Origin: an uncultured candidate division Zixibacteria bacterium
GTDB taxonomy: Bacteria; Zixibacteria; MSB-5A5; UBA10806
Assembly: GCA_963817915.1 (NCBI GenBank)
Contig: CAWFQL010000007.1
Coordinates: 1-61,148 of the forward strand
Reading direction: 5' to 3'
Length of the DNA stretch: 61,148 bases
Every line of letters begins with the position of its first letter. The first letter of the stretch is position 1. Shown here piece after piece: positions 51,027 through 61,148 of the stretch. The notes below the pieces were generated by a model. That model was not told where the DNA came from and did not search any database. It was given only the letters and a program-made list of their open reading frames with translations. Both the position numbers and the translations under genes were made by a program.

Positions 51027-51935
51027 ATGGCCGGAAGGATACTTCGACTCGAAGAGCTGTCATCACCATTTATCCAATCACTCGATAAGAATAAGACTGT
51101 CTTTTTTGTGGCGATTTCGCCTATCGAAGGGCATGGCCCGCATTTGCCGCTGGGAGTCGATTATTTCGACGCCATCTATTTTGCTGATTCGATTGCCAAG
51201 ACCACAATCGAGCGAAAACCCGAATTCGATGCCATAATCTGCCCGCCGATTCCATTGGGGACCCAAGTGTACCGGCAAGCCGGTTCTCTGCGAATCAGCA
51301 ATATCACTTTGTATAATATTGTTAAGGGATTCGGGGAGTCGTTGGCATCGTATGGATTTCGATATGTTTTCCTTTTATCCGGCCACGGCTCGCCAAAGGA
51401 TATTGTGGCGATAGAGTCGGCCTGCGTGAAAGTATCAAAAAAGCATAAAATCCAAATGCATAATCTTTCAGGCGCGCTGGCAGTCAGATTTTTAATGGGA
51501 GAATTTGTCGAAAAAATCTCATCGCGACTGAAATCGCCGATTTCCGATGACGACAAAAAACTGCTCAAGAAAGATATTCATGGCGGCTGGTGGGAAACCT
51601 CGATGATGATGATGCTAAAACCTGATTTAGTCAATGATGTTTATAAAAATCTTCCCGACACGACGCAAGATCAATCAAAGTCGGAGCCAAAGCCCGGCTA
51701 TTATGGTTCGCCATCGAAAGCCAGCCGAGAATTTGCCGAAATATCGATCTCCGTGCTTACAAATGAGGGTGCGGCGATTATCCAAGCCTGCCTTGAAGGA
51801 AAATCGGTAAACGATAAAACGATATCGCCACTCTATCGAATTTTGCCGCTAAAACCATTTTTTGTAAGAAATCTCATTGTTTCAGCTATTCTGCTAATTT
51901 TAATATTGGCGTTTCTTGCCATTACCCCGCGCTAA
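51027..51935 (+). CDS. creatininase/amidohydrolase family protein with a C-terminal TM
   Basis: EGHGPHLPLGVD, SGHGS and HGGWWETSMM motifs, and a hydrophobic tail. Confidence 0.9.
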   Translation: MAGRILRLEELSSPFIQSLDKNKTVFFVAISPIEGHGPHLPLGVDYFDAIYFADSIAKTTIERKPEFDAIICPPIPLGTQVYRQAGSLRISNITLYNIVKGFGESLASYGFRYVFLLSGHGSPKDIVAIESACVKVSKKHKIQMHNLSGALAVRFLMGEFVEKISSRLKSPISDDDKKLLKKDIHGGWWETSMMMMLKPDLVNDVYKNLPDTTQDQSKSEPKPGYYGSPSKASREFAEISISVLTNEGAAIIQACLEGKSVNDKTISPLYRILPLKPFFVRNLIVSAILLILILAFLAITPR

Positions 51936-52084
51936 GCCGCTGCCCCGGTCATCTTATTGTAATTCAATAGCTTATCGGCCTTGCCAAGTATTGTGTCGAC
52001 TTGGCAGGAAAAATCATACTCGACATTAATTCCTTAACTCAAAAGCCGATATATGATTTGGAAGGAGAATATAAAGTGGTTGGA

Positions 52085-52648
52085 ATGCCCGCTGGTAGGA
52101 CATCATCTATAAAAACACTCGATAAGACTTTTATCCTCCAAACAGAATTTTTAACTAAGCCGCGAACCCGAATTGTTACGTCGGTGGCTCTCGAGGGTCA
52201 GGTCATTCACAAGGTCGAGCGAACCTTTGATCGTCATTTAACCAATGAGGAAGATCTAAGATTCGCCGAAAATGCTGTTATCTCCCAGCATGAAAACCTC
52301 GCCAAGAAAATAATGACCGACGGCGCGGATTTTATCAAGAAGACAAGATCGATCATGATATCAAGGGTGGACAGGCTGGCCGTGATTCCGGGAGTTTCAT
52401 ATGTCGCCGATATCGATGAAAAATTGAATACCGAAAATCCGTTGCCAATTTATAATCATGCCGGTAACGTTATCGATATTGCCATGGCTATTTCACAATC
52501 CTCTCGCATCGGGGCATTCAAGCTAGCCGCAATGATAAGCGAACAGGGCAAATTCATCATAGACAAATCCGAGGGCAAAAGGCTGCTGGTCAGTATCAAG
52601 CCCGATGCCGATATCGGATCGGTGCTAAAGGAAGCGATCAGAGGATGA
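52085..52648 (+). CDS. hypothetical protein, C-terminus roadblock/longin-like
   Basis: Long ORF overlapping the next gene (ATGA). IPGVSYVA...KRLLVSIKPDADIGSV is reminiscent of Roadblock/LC7. Confidence 0.6.
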   Translation: MPAGRTSSIKTLDKTFILQTEFLTKPRTRIVTSVALEGQVIHKVERTFDRHLTNEEDLRFAENAVISQHENLAKKIMTDGADFIKKTRSIMISRVDRLAVIPGVSYVADIDEKLNTENPLPIYNHAGNVIDIAMAISQSSRIGAFKLAAMISEQGKFIIDKSEGKRLLVSIKPDADIGSVLKEAIRG

Positions 52649-53385
52649 ACAAGATATTGGCGAATATACGCGCCGTCCCCGGTGTCTGGGGTACGATCGC
52701 GATCGATAAAAAGAGAGCTCTTACTTATCAGCTGCTGCCATCAAGCTATACCGCGGAAGATATCAAGAGAATCGCCCTGTCGACACTAAATCTCGGCCGT
52801 TCACTCGACAAAAGTCTGGTGGTCGATTTCTTTTTTGAAAATGGTCGCGGACGGCTTTATAATCGCGGCGAAGCTATCGTGCTTATTTTGGGAAGAGAAG
52901 AGCTTAGCTTCGACGATTTAGGGTCCATATGCAAAGAAGCAATTCCCGCAATCAGCCGCCGTTTTGCCAAGGCCGACTTGTCAGTCTCAGCCGTAGAATC
53001 CGGTTCCGGCAATAGTAGCATCAGCTTCGATCTGATGCTCAAGGCTATAAATATTATCGCCTCCAATGTTCAGCAGAAGATCGGCGCCTATCTTGTTACC
53101 AAGCATCTGCGAAATTCAAAAGATTCGTTGGTGGAAAAACATCAGTTCCTGGCCTTCATTACTGTTGATAATAATGGAGTCGCCACCTTGATTAAGGGAT
53201 GTGCACCTGATAATAGCGAAGATCTGCTGCGCGGGTTCGCCCATTGGGCCAATGTCTTTATTTCCAGTTGCGCCAAATCGACTGACAAGCTGAATCCCGA
53301 AGACATTTTGGGGTTGACTCTCGATATCCGCGAAAAATTGGAGTTAACCGGCTTCTATCAATTGTATGCCGATGTTGGCATCTAA
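52645..53385 (+). CDS. hypothetical protein with an N-terminal Roadblock/MglB-like domain
   Basis: MNKILANIRAVPGVWGTIAID...FFFENGRGRL...IVLILG fits the roadblock pattern. Confidence 0.6.
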   Translation: MNKILANIRAVPGVWGTIAIDKKRALTYQLLPSSYTAEDIKRIALSTLNLGRSLDKSLVVDFFFENGRGRLYNRGEAIVLILGREELSFDDLGSICKEAIPAISRRFAKADLSVSAVESGSGNSSISFDLMLKAINIIASNVQQKIGAYLVTKHLRNSKDSLVEKHQFLAFITVDNNGVATLIKGCAPDNSEDLLRGFAHWANVFISSCAKSTDKLNPEDILGLTLDIREKLELTGFYQLYADVGI

Positions 53386-53463
53386 ATCCAATTAGTCATT
53401 CTACTGAGCAAAATTCCCATACGTTCTTTATACTTCATTTTTGGTGTCATCATAACATGCTCA

Positions 53464-53646
53464 GCCGGGTCGTAGTCCCGACATGAAATGTCGGGGCGTG
53501 AACCGTTCAATTAGGGCGTATTCCCCGATATAATATGAAGCAGAAAAAAATTCATACTAAGCGATGTCCATCACAGCACTGCCTTCCGGTTCACGCCCGT
53601 CAAAAGCCCAATTTTCTTTCTGGCTTTTGACGGACTACGACCCGGC
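53464..53646. repeat. MITE/REPIN-like element with long inverted arms
   Basis: GCCGGGTCGTAGTCC-[hairpin]-GGGCGTGAACCG at 53464-53505 and its reverse complement at 53587-53646 with a different inserted hairpin. Confidence 0.7.
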
Positions 53647-53743
53647 GCAACATTTTCGCACTTTCCCGCTTGACATTATCTCTTGTCAAATCTATTTATC
53701 ACTGGCCTATTGATAATGGAGAATTTGAAGCGATGGAGGCTTT

Positions 53744-55057
53744 ATGAAAAAACTTCTCTTCGTTGCCCTGCTTTTATTGATGTTATTCGGTAGTGCTTTT
53801 GCAGGGAAGACGAATATCTACACCCTCTCAAACGGCATGCAGGTAATCCTAAAGGAAAACCATGCCATGCCCCTGATATCATCGGTCGTTGTCGTAAGAG
53901 CGGGCAGCAAATACGAAAATGACCAGAATAACGGATTTACCCATCTTCTCGAGCATATGCTTTTCAACGGCACCGAAAAGCGAACCCGTCTGGAGCTAAA
54001 TGAAGGCATCAAAGATTATGGCGGGTATATCAACGCTTTCACCAGGCAGGAAATGACCGGATATTTGATTGTAATACCTGCCGAATTTATCGATGAAGGA
54101 CTTGATCTACAATCGGATCAGCTATTCCATTCAATCCTGCCGGAAACTGAATTCCCGAAAGAACGAGATATAGTCGCGGAAGAAATCAAAAAGGATAATG
54201 ACGCCATCGATAATGTCGCGTCGGATTATTTTAATTCCGTAGTATTCGCCGGCACCCCTTACGCCAGGCCGGTAATCGGGTATGATTCCACTATCCGCAA
54301 TGTCAGCCGCGATGAAGTGATGAAGTATTATAAAGAGCATTATGTCCCGAATAATATGATCGCCCTTATTATTGGCGATTTTGAGACAGTTCAGATGCTG
54401 GAAAAAGTAAACAGATATTTCGGATCGATCCCCAGAGGCGAGCTTCCCAAGCTTGCCGAATTCAATATCAATCCGCCCTACGGGACAGAAATTCATGTAA
54501 AGAAATATCCAACTGATGTGACTTATCTCCAAATGACTTTTCCGGCGCCGCTATTTAGCGACCCTGACTATTATGGATTCGATATTTTTTCGCAGATTCT
54601 GAATTCCGGTGAGTCATCTCCCCTCAATCAGGCTCTTACATCAGGAAACGATCCGCTCGCGGTTGAAGTCTCGGCATCGCTTGAAATTCAAAAGGAGTAT
54701 AGTCTTCTTAATATTTCGATTAAAACCGACAAACCGGATAAAATACAGGCCGCGATTGACACTACTGTTCAATTCTTAAAAAGATTTTCATCCAGCAATT
54801 TCACACAAGCGGACTTAAATCGAATAATTGTTCCGAGCAAGGTAAATGAGATCAAGCTCGAGGAAAAACTCCATTACTACGGTATTATGAAGGCTCCCTA
54901 CCTTGCGACCTGCGGATATGATTTCCTGGAAAATTATATCGATAATCTTTCGGGAGTGAAGCCTGAAATGGTATCGAAAGCCGCAAAAAAATATTTTTCC
55001 AGTCCGCAATATATTGCCTGCGCGCTTGAGCCTGATTCGACGGAGGTGAAAAAATGA
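53744..55057 (+). CDS. M16B zinc peptidase, catalytic subunit
   Basis: HLLEHMLFNGT (HxxEH), NAFT, ERDIVAEE and YVPNNM, with a signal peptide. Confidence 0.95.
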   Translation: MKKLLFVALLLLMLFGSAFAGKTNIYTLSNGMQVILKENHAMPLISSVVVVRAGSKYENDQNNGFTHLLEHMLFNGTEKRTRLELNEGIKDYGGYINAFTRQEMTGYLIVIPAEFIDEGLDLQSDQLFHSILPETEFPKERDIVAEEIKKDNDAIDNVASDYFNSVVFAGTPYARPVIGYDSTIRNVSRDEVMKYYKEHYVPNNMIALIIGDFETVQMLEKVNRYFGSIPRGELPKLAEFNINPPYGTEIHVKKYPTDVTYLQMTFPAPLFSDPDYYGFDIFSQILNSGESSPLNQALTSGNDPLAVEVSASLEIQKEYSLLNISIKTDKPDKIQAAIDTTVQFLKRFSSSNFTQADLNRIIVPSKVNEIKLEEKLHYYGIMKAPYLATCGYDFLENYIDNLSGVKPEMVSKAAKKYFSSPQYIACALEPDSTEVKK

Positions 55058-56418
55058 ATTCGCCCATTAAATTGATAAAGAGATATTTTAGGGTAATTTG
55101 CTATGCCGCGTTAATCTTGGCGACTTTATCGGGATCATTATTCGCGCAGTCTGGCAACAAATACGATAAGTTTATTCATGAAATCCTGCCAAATGGTCTC
55201 GACCTCATAATCAAGCATAATCCCGATAGCAAGGTTTTCGCTATTAATATACTTGGTAAAAATCGCTCGGCTAATGAACCAGTTGGCAAGGACGGCATCA
55301 CGGATTTTGTTAATCGCATGTTGGTCCTCGGTGCCGATGGTATGGATGCCGCCACATTACAAAACAGACTCGATGATATTGGCGCAGTGATTACCGCCAA
55401 CGATAATCCGTATATACCTTACGATGATCGCTATACAACCCGTTCATATTCGTTTATCAAATTCGAGACTATCGATGAATACGCATCTTCAGCGACAAAA
55501 TTGCTTTTCCAAATTGCCTGCAAGCCGGATTTCCCTCAGGCCGAAATTGATAAAACTAAAAAGAAGGTAATGGGAATCTATCGCATGTACTCGGGCTCAA
55601 CGGTTCAATCATGTCGGGATTTGCTATATAGAAATTTATTCGCCGGATTTCCATTCGAAAAAACTGAAGTCGGTAATCCAACAACGTTCAATACATTTAC
55701 GCGTGATGACCTTGTTGCCTATCATAAACATTTCTACGCGCCGAATAACATTATTATGGCGGTGGCGACCAGTATCGACCCCGATACAGTGAAAGCCTGG
55801 ATAATGAATACATTCGGGAAAATGCCTAAAGATCCTTCCGTCTACGCCACCATGAATGTCCCGCCGAAGCCGCAGGGACTCAAAGAAGTCCATCAAGAAA
55901 TGGAAAAAGAGCAGATTTATATCTATTTAGGGACTATTATCCCCGGACTGAAATCACCAGACGCCTCCGCCATCGATATGGCATCATCGATAACCTCATC
56001 GAGAATGGCTTTGAATCTTCGAGAGAAAAAGGGGTTCGCTTATTCAGTCGGTATGGGTGTAGACTTTATGCCTGATTTTGGATGGGCCGCGGCCGCTATC
56101 GGCACTAGCCCGAAAAATCTAATTCCCGCCAAAGAGGGAATGATCGCAGAAATTAATGGCATGAAGGACGCGGAACCATCTCCAAAAGAGCTTCAAACAG
56201 CCCAAAACTCAACATGGGGCTCTATGCTTTTGGCCCGCGCTTCACGCATAAACCAGGCGTATTATATGTGCAGAAATGAGTTCCTTGGAGTCGGGTATGA
56301 TTATGAAGAAGATTATCTTGCCAAGATCAGGAAGGTCTCACCCGCCGATATTCAAAGGGTAGCCAAAGACTATTTTGACACTGAAAATATGGTTATCGCG
56401 ACTGTAGGCAAAAAATAG
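55054..56418 (+). CDS. M16B peptidase, non-catalytic partner subunit
   Basis: HxxEH is replaced by DFVNR. Retains FYAPNN and SSRM..NLREKKGFAYSV (R/Y pair). Confidence 0.9.
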   Translation: MNSPIKLIKRYFRVICYAALILATLSGSLFAQSGNKYDKFIHEILPNGLDLIIKHNPDSKVFAINILGKNRSANEPVGKDGITDFVNRMLVLGADGMDAATLQNRLDDIGAVITANDNPYIPYDDRYTTRSYSFIKFETIDEYASSATKLLFQIACKPDFPQAEIDKTKKKVMGIYRMYSGSTVQSCRDLLYRNLFAGFPFEKTEVGNPTTFNTFTRDDLVAYHKHFYAPNNIIMAVATSIDPDTVKAWIMNTFGKMPKDPSVYATMNVPPKPQGLKEVHQEMEKEQIYIYLGTIIPGLKSPDASAIDMASSITSSRMALNLREKKGFAYSVGMGVDFMPDFGWAAAAIGTSPKNLIPAKEGMIAEINGMKDAEPSPKELQTAQNSTWGSMLLARASRINQAYYMCRNEFLGVGYDYEEDYLAKIRKVSPADIQRVAKDYFDTENMVIATVGKK

Positions 56419-56435
56419 AATATTTTGTCATTCAA

Positions 56436-56470
56436 ATAAAAAGGGCGTCAAATCGACGCCCTTTTTTATT
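56436..56470. terminator. bidirectional intrinsic terminator
   Basis: AAAAAGGGCGTC-aaatc-GACGCCCTTTTTT between convergent genes. Confidence 0.85.
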
Positions 56471-56486
56471 CTATATTTGTCTAATA

Positions 56487-57230
56487 TTACATAGGCGGAT
56501 AAATTAAAGTCTGCAGTCCGGGCTCCGCCACTCGATAAAGAGTAAGGGCATCCTCGACCTGCATATTAAGTGTAATTCTGCTTTCTCCAAATGGACTTCT
56601 GAGGACTCTTCGTATTTCGATCATAGTATTCTTATAATTGGACACAGGCTTGCCGCTGATATCGGTTTTAATTTCAAGTATTAAACCGTCCTCCCATAGA
56701 AGCTGGAATTTTTCAGGCAGCTCGCGCTGGAGCAGGTCGGGATTAACCCTGACCGCTTCGCCAACAATCGCCAGTACCGAATCAGGAGTCTTACCTTTGG
56801 CGGAGAAGAGATGCTTTGCCACGAGGGGTCTTACAAGAATATCATCACTCCCCTCGAACCGTTTCATGAATTCCAGCATTTGCGAAGTATCTGTAGTGGC
56901 CCAATCCATCGGATAATTCCAGACAACCACGCCCTTCATTTTCAGTTTTAATTTGCCCTTCTTGAAGTCGAAGACCAAATATGGTTTTTCGGTTTTCGCC
57001 AGCGCCAACTCGGATTTTATCAAACGATATTCCAATTCGGCCTTAGGGCGATTCCATTTTTTGTCGCTCTGGACACCCCTTTCCGCGGCTTCATGTCCCT
57101 TACGGCCGCAGGCCACAAACGCCATTGAGCAAACCAATAGAAAAGGTATGGCAAGTCTTTCTATTCTCGAAAATTTCGGAAAATTAAAAAATGTAAACCG
57201 CTGTTCCAACTTTGGCCCTGTCAAATACAT
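56487..57230 (-). CDS. lipoprotein with a degenerate L,D-transpeptidase-like fold (start uncertain)
   Basis: Lipobox FVAC. YLVFDFKKGKLKL and the C-terminal RITLNMQVEDALTLYRVAEPGLQTLIY parallel YkuD, but the His/Cys motif is absent. Confidence 0.6.
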   Translation of the reverse strand: MYLTGPKLEQRFTFFNFPKFSRIERLAIPFLLVCSMAFVACGRKGHEAAERGVQSDKKWNRPKAELEYRLIKSELALAKTEKPYLVFDFKKGKLKLKMKGVVVWNYPMDWATTDTSQMLEFMKRFEGSDDILVRPLVAKHLFSAKGKTPDSVLAIVGEAVRVNPDLLQRELPEKFQLLWEDGLILEIKTDISGKPVSNYKNTMIEIRRVLRSPFGESRITLNMQVEDALTLYRVAEPGLQTLIYPPM

Positions 57231-57834
57231 ATTTCAAATCATCGGTACCCAGACGAACACAGCCGTGCGTTACGCTAATACCTAAAAGCCGTTCGTAAAT
57301 AGTCCCATGAATAAAATAGCCGTTGCCGAATCCCATAGCGAAATCGCCGAGCATTTCAGGATCGTAACGTTCATTTTCGTTCTTGGGAATCTTCTCGCCC
57401 TCTTCAATAAATGCCCAATCGGGTTTCCGCCACCAGGGTTGTTTCAGCTTGCTGTTAATTTTAAATGCACCGTGCGGTGTGTTAAAAATCCATTTACGGC
57501 CGGTGACACTATCGATCACCTCGCCGCCGGAACCGGTAGATGCTGTCCCGCGAAAATATACGGAATCTTCTGAGCGCAATGAAAGCTTGTTGGCGTGTGT
57601 ATTGATAACGATATATTGTCCAAACGGCCTAAGTTTGGCTAGCGCATCGCGAGCCTTCTGAAGCTCTTTCTGGGCAAGTTTATCGTCCTGAGGTAATTTT
57701 GCCTGAAGAGAATCGCTGAATTCTTCAGCATCGGCAGGCGGCCTCTGTGTAAGGACAAATGTCCCCAGAAGCATAATTCCAAAAAATAGCCCAAGGCCTA
57801 TAAGCAAAATCAAGACCCAACGTTTCATGGCCAA
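57184..57834 (-). CDS. membrane-anchored L,D-transpeptidase (YkuD)
   Basis: N-terminal TM, TPHGAF, IHGT...SVTHGCVRL and VGTAVYIF. Confidence 0.93.
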   Translation of the reverse strand: MAMKRWVLILLIGLGLFFGIMLLGTFVLTQRPPADAEEFSDSLQAKLPQDDKLAQKELQKARDALAKLRPFGQYIVINTHANKLSLRSEDSVYFRGTASTGSGGEVIDSVTGRKWIFNTPHGAFKINSKLKQPWWRKPDWAFIEEGEKIPKNENERYDPEMLGDFAMGFGNGYFIHGTIYERLLGISVTHGCVRLGTDDLKYVFDRAKVGTAVYIF

Positions 57835-58928
57835 ATATCCGATCTTCGCACGATAGTCACAGGCATGCCCACCGTTGCATATTGCATTATACTATCCATT
57901 TGATTATTTGTTACGGCTACACAGCCATCGGTCCAATCGTCATTCCGACCGCCATTACCATGAATTTCGATCAATGCTCCTATGCGAGCATATCGGGATA
58001 TTATACCTTTTGATTTATTCTCAGAGAATCTTTTTTTATCAAGTTGATTGGGATAATTTATAAGGAGCGCTTTATAGAATTTACTTCCATTATGCTTTGT
58101 TTTCGTAACTATATATTGGCCTTCAGGCGTAGCGCCATCTCCCGAAAAAAACTTTTGCTTCCCGGAATTATACCCGAGTTCGCAATCGAATTTGCGGATA
58201 ACCTTGCCGCTTTGGACTATATACAATTTATGCGCTGACTTATCTACTATAATCGCCGGCGAGCCGTTCGCCCTGGAATTATCGATTGTCTCCTGCACCC
58301 ATCGGCGCCATATTCTTATTTTTTGCGCTTCGTCATTAGCATATTCATTGAGTACCTGGCTTAGTTTACTTAATGATTCCCTGCCGCTTCGAACAGCTTC
58401 TATGGCCGCTACGAATTCGCCTTTGATAATCAGCTGCTGGCTCATTTTGAGAGCCAGATCGGCGGTCGACCAGTATCGTTCTGCGTTGAAATTAGCTAAT
58501 GCCCCATCGAGCGCTTCTCTATAATTAGTGAGTTCGTTTTTTAAGCCTTCGCGGGCATTCTCCGCCTGCGTGTCCAATTCCATGTATCTGTCTTTGGCGT
58601 CGATCGCGGCTTTGTTGGCGGTCTCGTACGCGATACTTAATATTGAATCGGCGTTATGATAATTGCGGAATGGAGCCAGACGGCCTTTTTGTCTGGCGAT
58701 TTCCAGATTGCCCTTTTGAAGCAGGCTTTCCGCTTCCCTGTATTGCGTCTCGGCAAATTTGATTGCGCCGGCTCCCTCGGCCAATTGCAATGCCAATCGA
58801 GCGCGATGCATCGATGAAATCGGCGGTTCCTGGCAACTCGCGATAATTATCGAAACTCCGCTTAGTGCAAGGGCAATATATTTTATTGTGTTGATTGTTT
58901 TCAAGATTAAACTAAGATGATTTATCAA
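57825..58928 (-). CDS. lipoprotein: DUF4398-like helical domain + L,D-transpeptidase (YkuD)
   Basis: Lipobox IASC, IIVDKS, GDGATPEGQY, INYPN and IEIHG...WTDGCVAV. Confidence 0.92.
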   Translation of the reverse strand: MINHLSLILKTINTIKYIALALSGVSIIIASCQEPPISSMHRARLALQLAEGAGAIKFAETQYREAESLLQKGNLEIARQKGRLAPFRNYHNADSILSIAYETANKAAIDAKDRYMELDTQAENAREGLKNELTNYREALDGALANFNAERYWSTADLALKMSQQLIIKGEFVAAIEAVRSGRESLSKLSQVLNEYANDEAQKIRIWRRWVQETIDNSRANGSPAIIVDKSAHKLYIVQSGKVIRKFDCELGYNSGKQKFFSGDGATPEGQYIVTKTKHNGSKFYKALLINYPNQLDKKRFSENKSKGIISRYARIGALIEIHGNGGRNDDWTDGCVAVTNNQMDSIMQYATVGMPVTIVRRSDIWP

Positions 58929-59004
58929 TGATGATTCGGATTTTCCGGGAAGGGCCGATCTAATTTCGGCCCATTCCCATAGATACTTCTTTTAATCCGA
59001 TAAT

Positions 59005-59607
59005 CTACTTCTTAACGCCAGCCTTCTTAGCCTTTGCTGCATCGATTTCGGTAATAATACTCTGTGCCTTTGCCATAACTGTTTCCAGCTTGCCTTTTGC
59101 AACGAGGAACTTACCTGCGTCAAAATCGGCCTTCGCTTCGGCGTAACCGGTATTGACACCGGCCAGATCTGCCTTAATCAATTCGATATCGGCCTTGCTG
59201 CCTTTGCCGCGCGGTGCTTTATCCAGAGCCTTGGTTGCCGCATCTATATCAGCTTGGGCCTTGGTCAGCATATCCATTACTGCCAATCTGACTTTTTCCT
59301 TCTCAGCCTGAGCCTCGGTTACAGCCTTCTCCGCGAGAGCCTGGGCTGCGACATACATATCCTTAGACTTGCCGTAGCTTCTGAAAAGAGCGAACTTGGA
59401 ATCTTGTTCCGTCTTTGCAGCATTGGCGGCGTTAAGGGTGTCAGCGGCTATGCGGTAAGCATCGGGAGCATACTGCTCGGCCTCTGCTGTCTTGGCAGCC
59501 GTAATGGCGTTGTTAGCATTCTGCATTTCGGTCTCTGGCGGTTTGCTGCAACCAACAACCAACAAAAGGGCGATCACAGCCAACACAATTGAAACGCGCT
59601 TGAACAT
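59005..59607 (-). CDS. Ala/Lys-rich all-helical lipoprotein (DUF4398-like)
   Basis: Lipobox VVGC, AKTAEAEQYAP motif, AAAGGA RBS, ends AKKAGVKK. Confidence 0.88.
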   Translation of the reverse strand: MFKRVSIVLAVIALLLVVGCSKPPETEMQNANNAITAAKTAEAEQYAPDAYRIAADTLNAANAAKTEQDSKFALFRSYGKSKDMYVAAQALAEKAVTEAQAEKEKVRLAVMDMLTKAQADIDAATKALDKAPRGKGSKADIELIKADLAGVNTGYAEAKADFDAGKFLVAKGKLETVMAKAQSIITEIDAAKAKKAGVKK

Positions 59608-59993
59608 TTTGAATTTCCTTTCTTTCCGGTTTACACTTCAAAAAAAATCAGACATGTGCGAGCCCGGTTTGCTCACGCCTGCCTATTCCAGTACTCTTAG
59701 TCAATACATTCCGTGATAAATGCTGGTTAAAAATGATATACTAAAACTGTCTTTCGTCCTTTCTCCTTTTCTTTGATGTTCAACTCGATATTTTTCATTC
59801 AGTTTCATTCAAATCAACATAGATTTTCGGGGCTATTAATATATTGTCATTTCCTTGATGTCAAGATTTTTTTCTGATTTATTCTCGGCAAGTCCTGTTG
59901 CTGCTCAAACCCTCGTCTTCAATATTGCAAAAATTATCTATGCTTTTCTGTCTCGCGAATATCTATAAACTCGAGAAACTATCGCTGTGATGC

Positions 59994-61148
<1,155 letters not shown>

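Overview
A ~61 kb bacterial chromosomal segment (roughly 40-45% GC by eye) from a diderm organism. The Cys-rich dockerin and 'NYPNPFN' C-terminal-domain proteins suggest candidate division Zixibacteria or a relative; this is inference only. Housekeeping genes include tsaD, acpS, dNK-folB-folK-panB-panC, a tatD/radical-SAM fusion, rsmA, pdxST, ispHG, ferritin and gyrB. They are interleaved with many exported proteins: a 1.8k-aa Ig/cadherin-like + cohesin/dockerin protein, a dockerin protein, an S8 protease, an FG-GAP protein, beta-barrels and lipoproteins. About a dozen genes, including essential tsaD and gyrB, carry single-base indels that are most likely sequencing errors. The most notable items are: (1) a four-gene operon of a helical Lys-terminated lipoprotein plus two active and one degenerate L,D-transpeptidase, a candidate Lpp-like envelope tether; (2) two very basic microproteins (31 and 33 aa, one with a CCCH motif) missing from the ORF track, each with a strong RBS and terminator; (3) a recently duplicated, diversifying array of exported HEAT-like proteins punctuated by REP pairs; (4) a non-cellulosomal cohesin-dockerin pair; (5) an aminotransferase lacking the PLP lysine; (6) sigma54-like, sigma28-like and leaderless promoters. 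No tRNA, rRNA, CRISPR array, integrase or transposase was recognised. Family and DUF names come from motif recognition, not from database searches.
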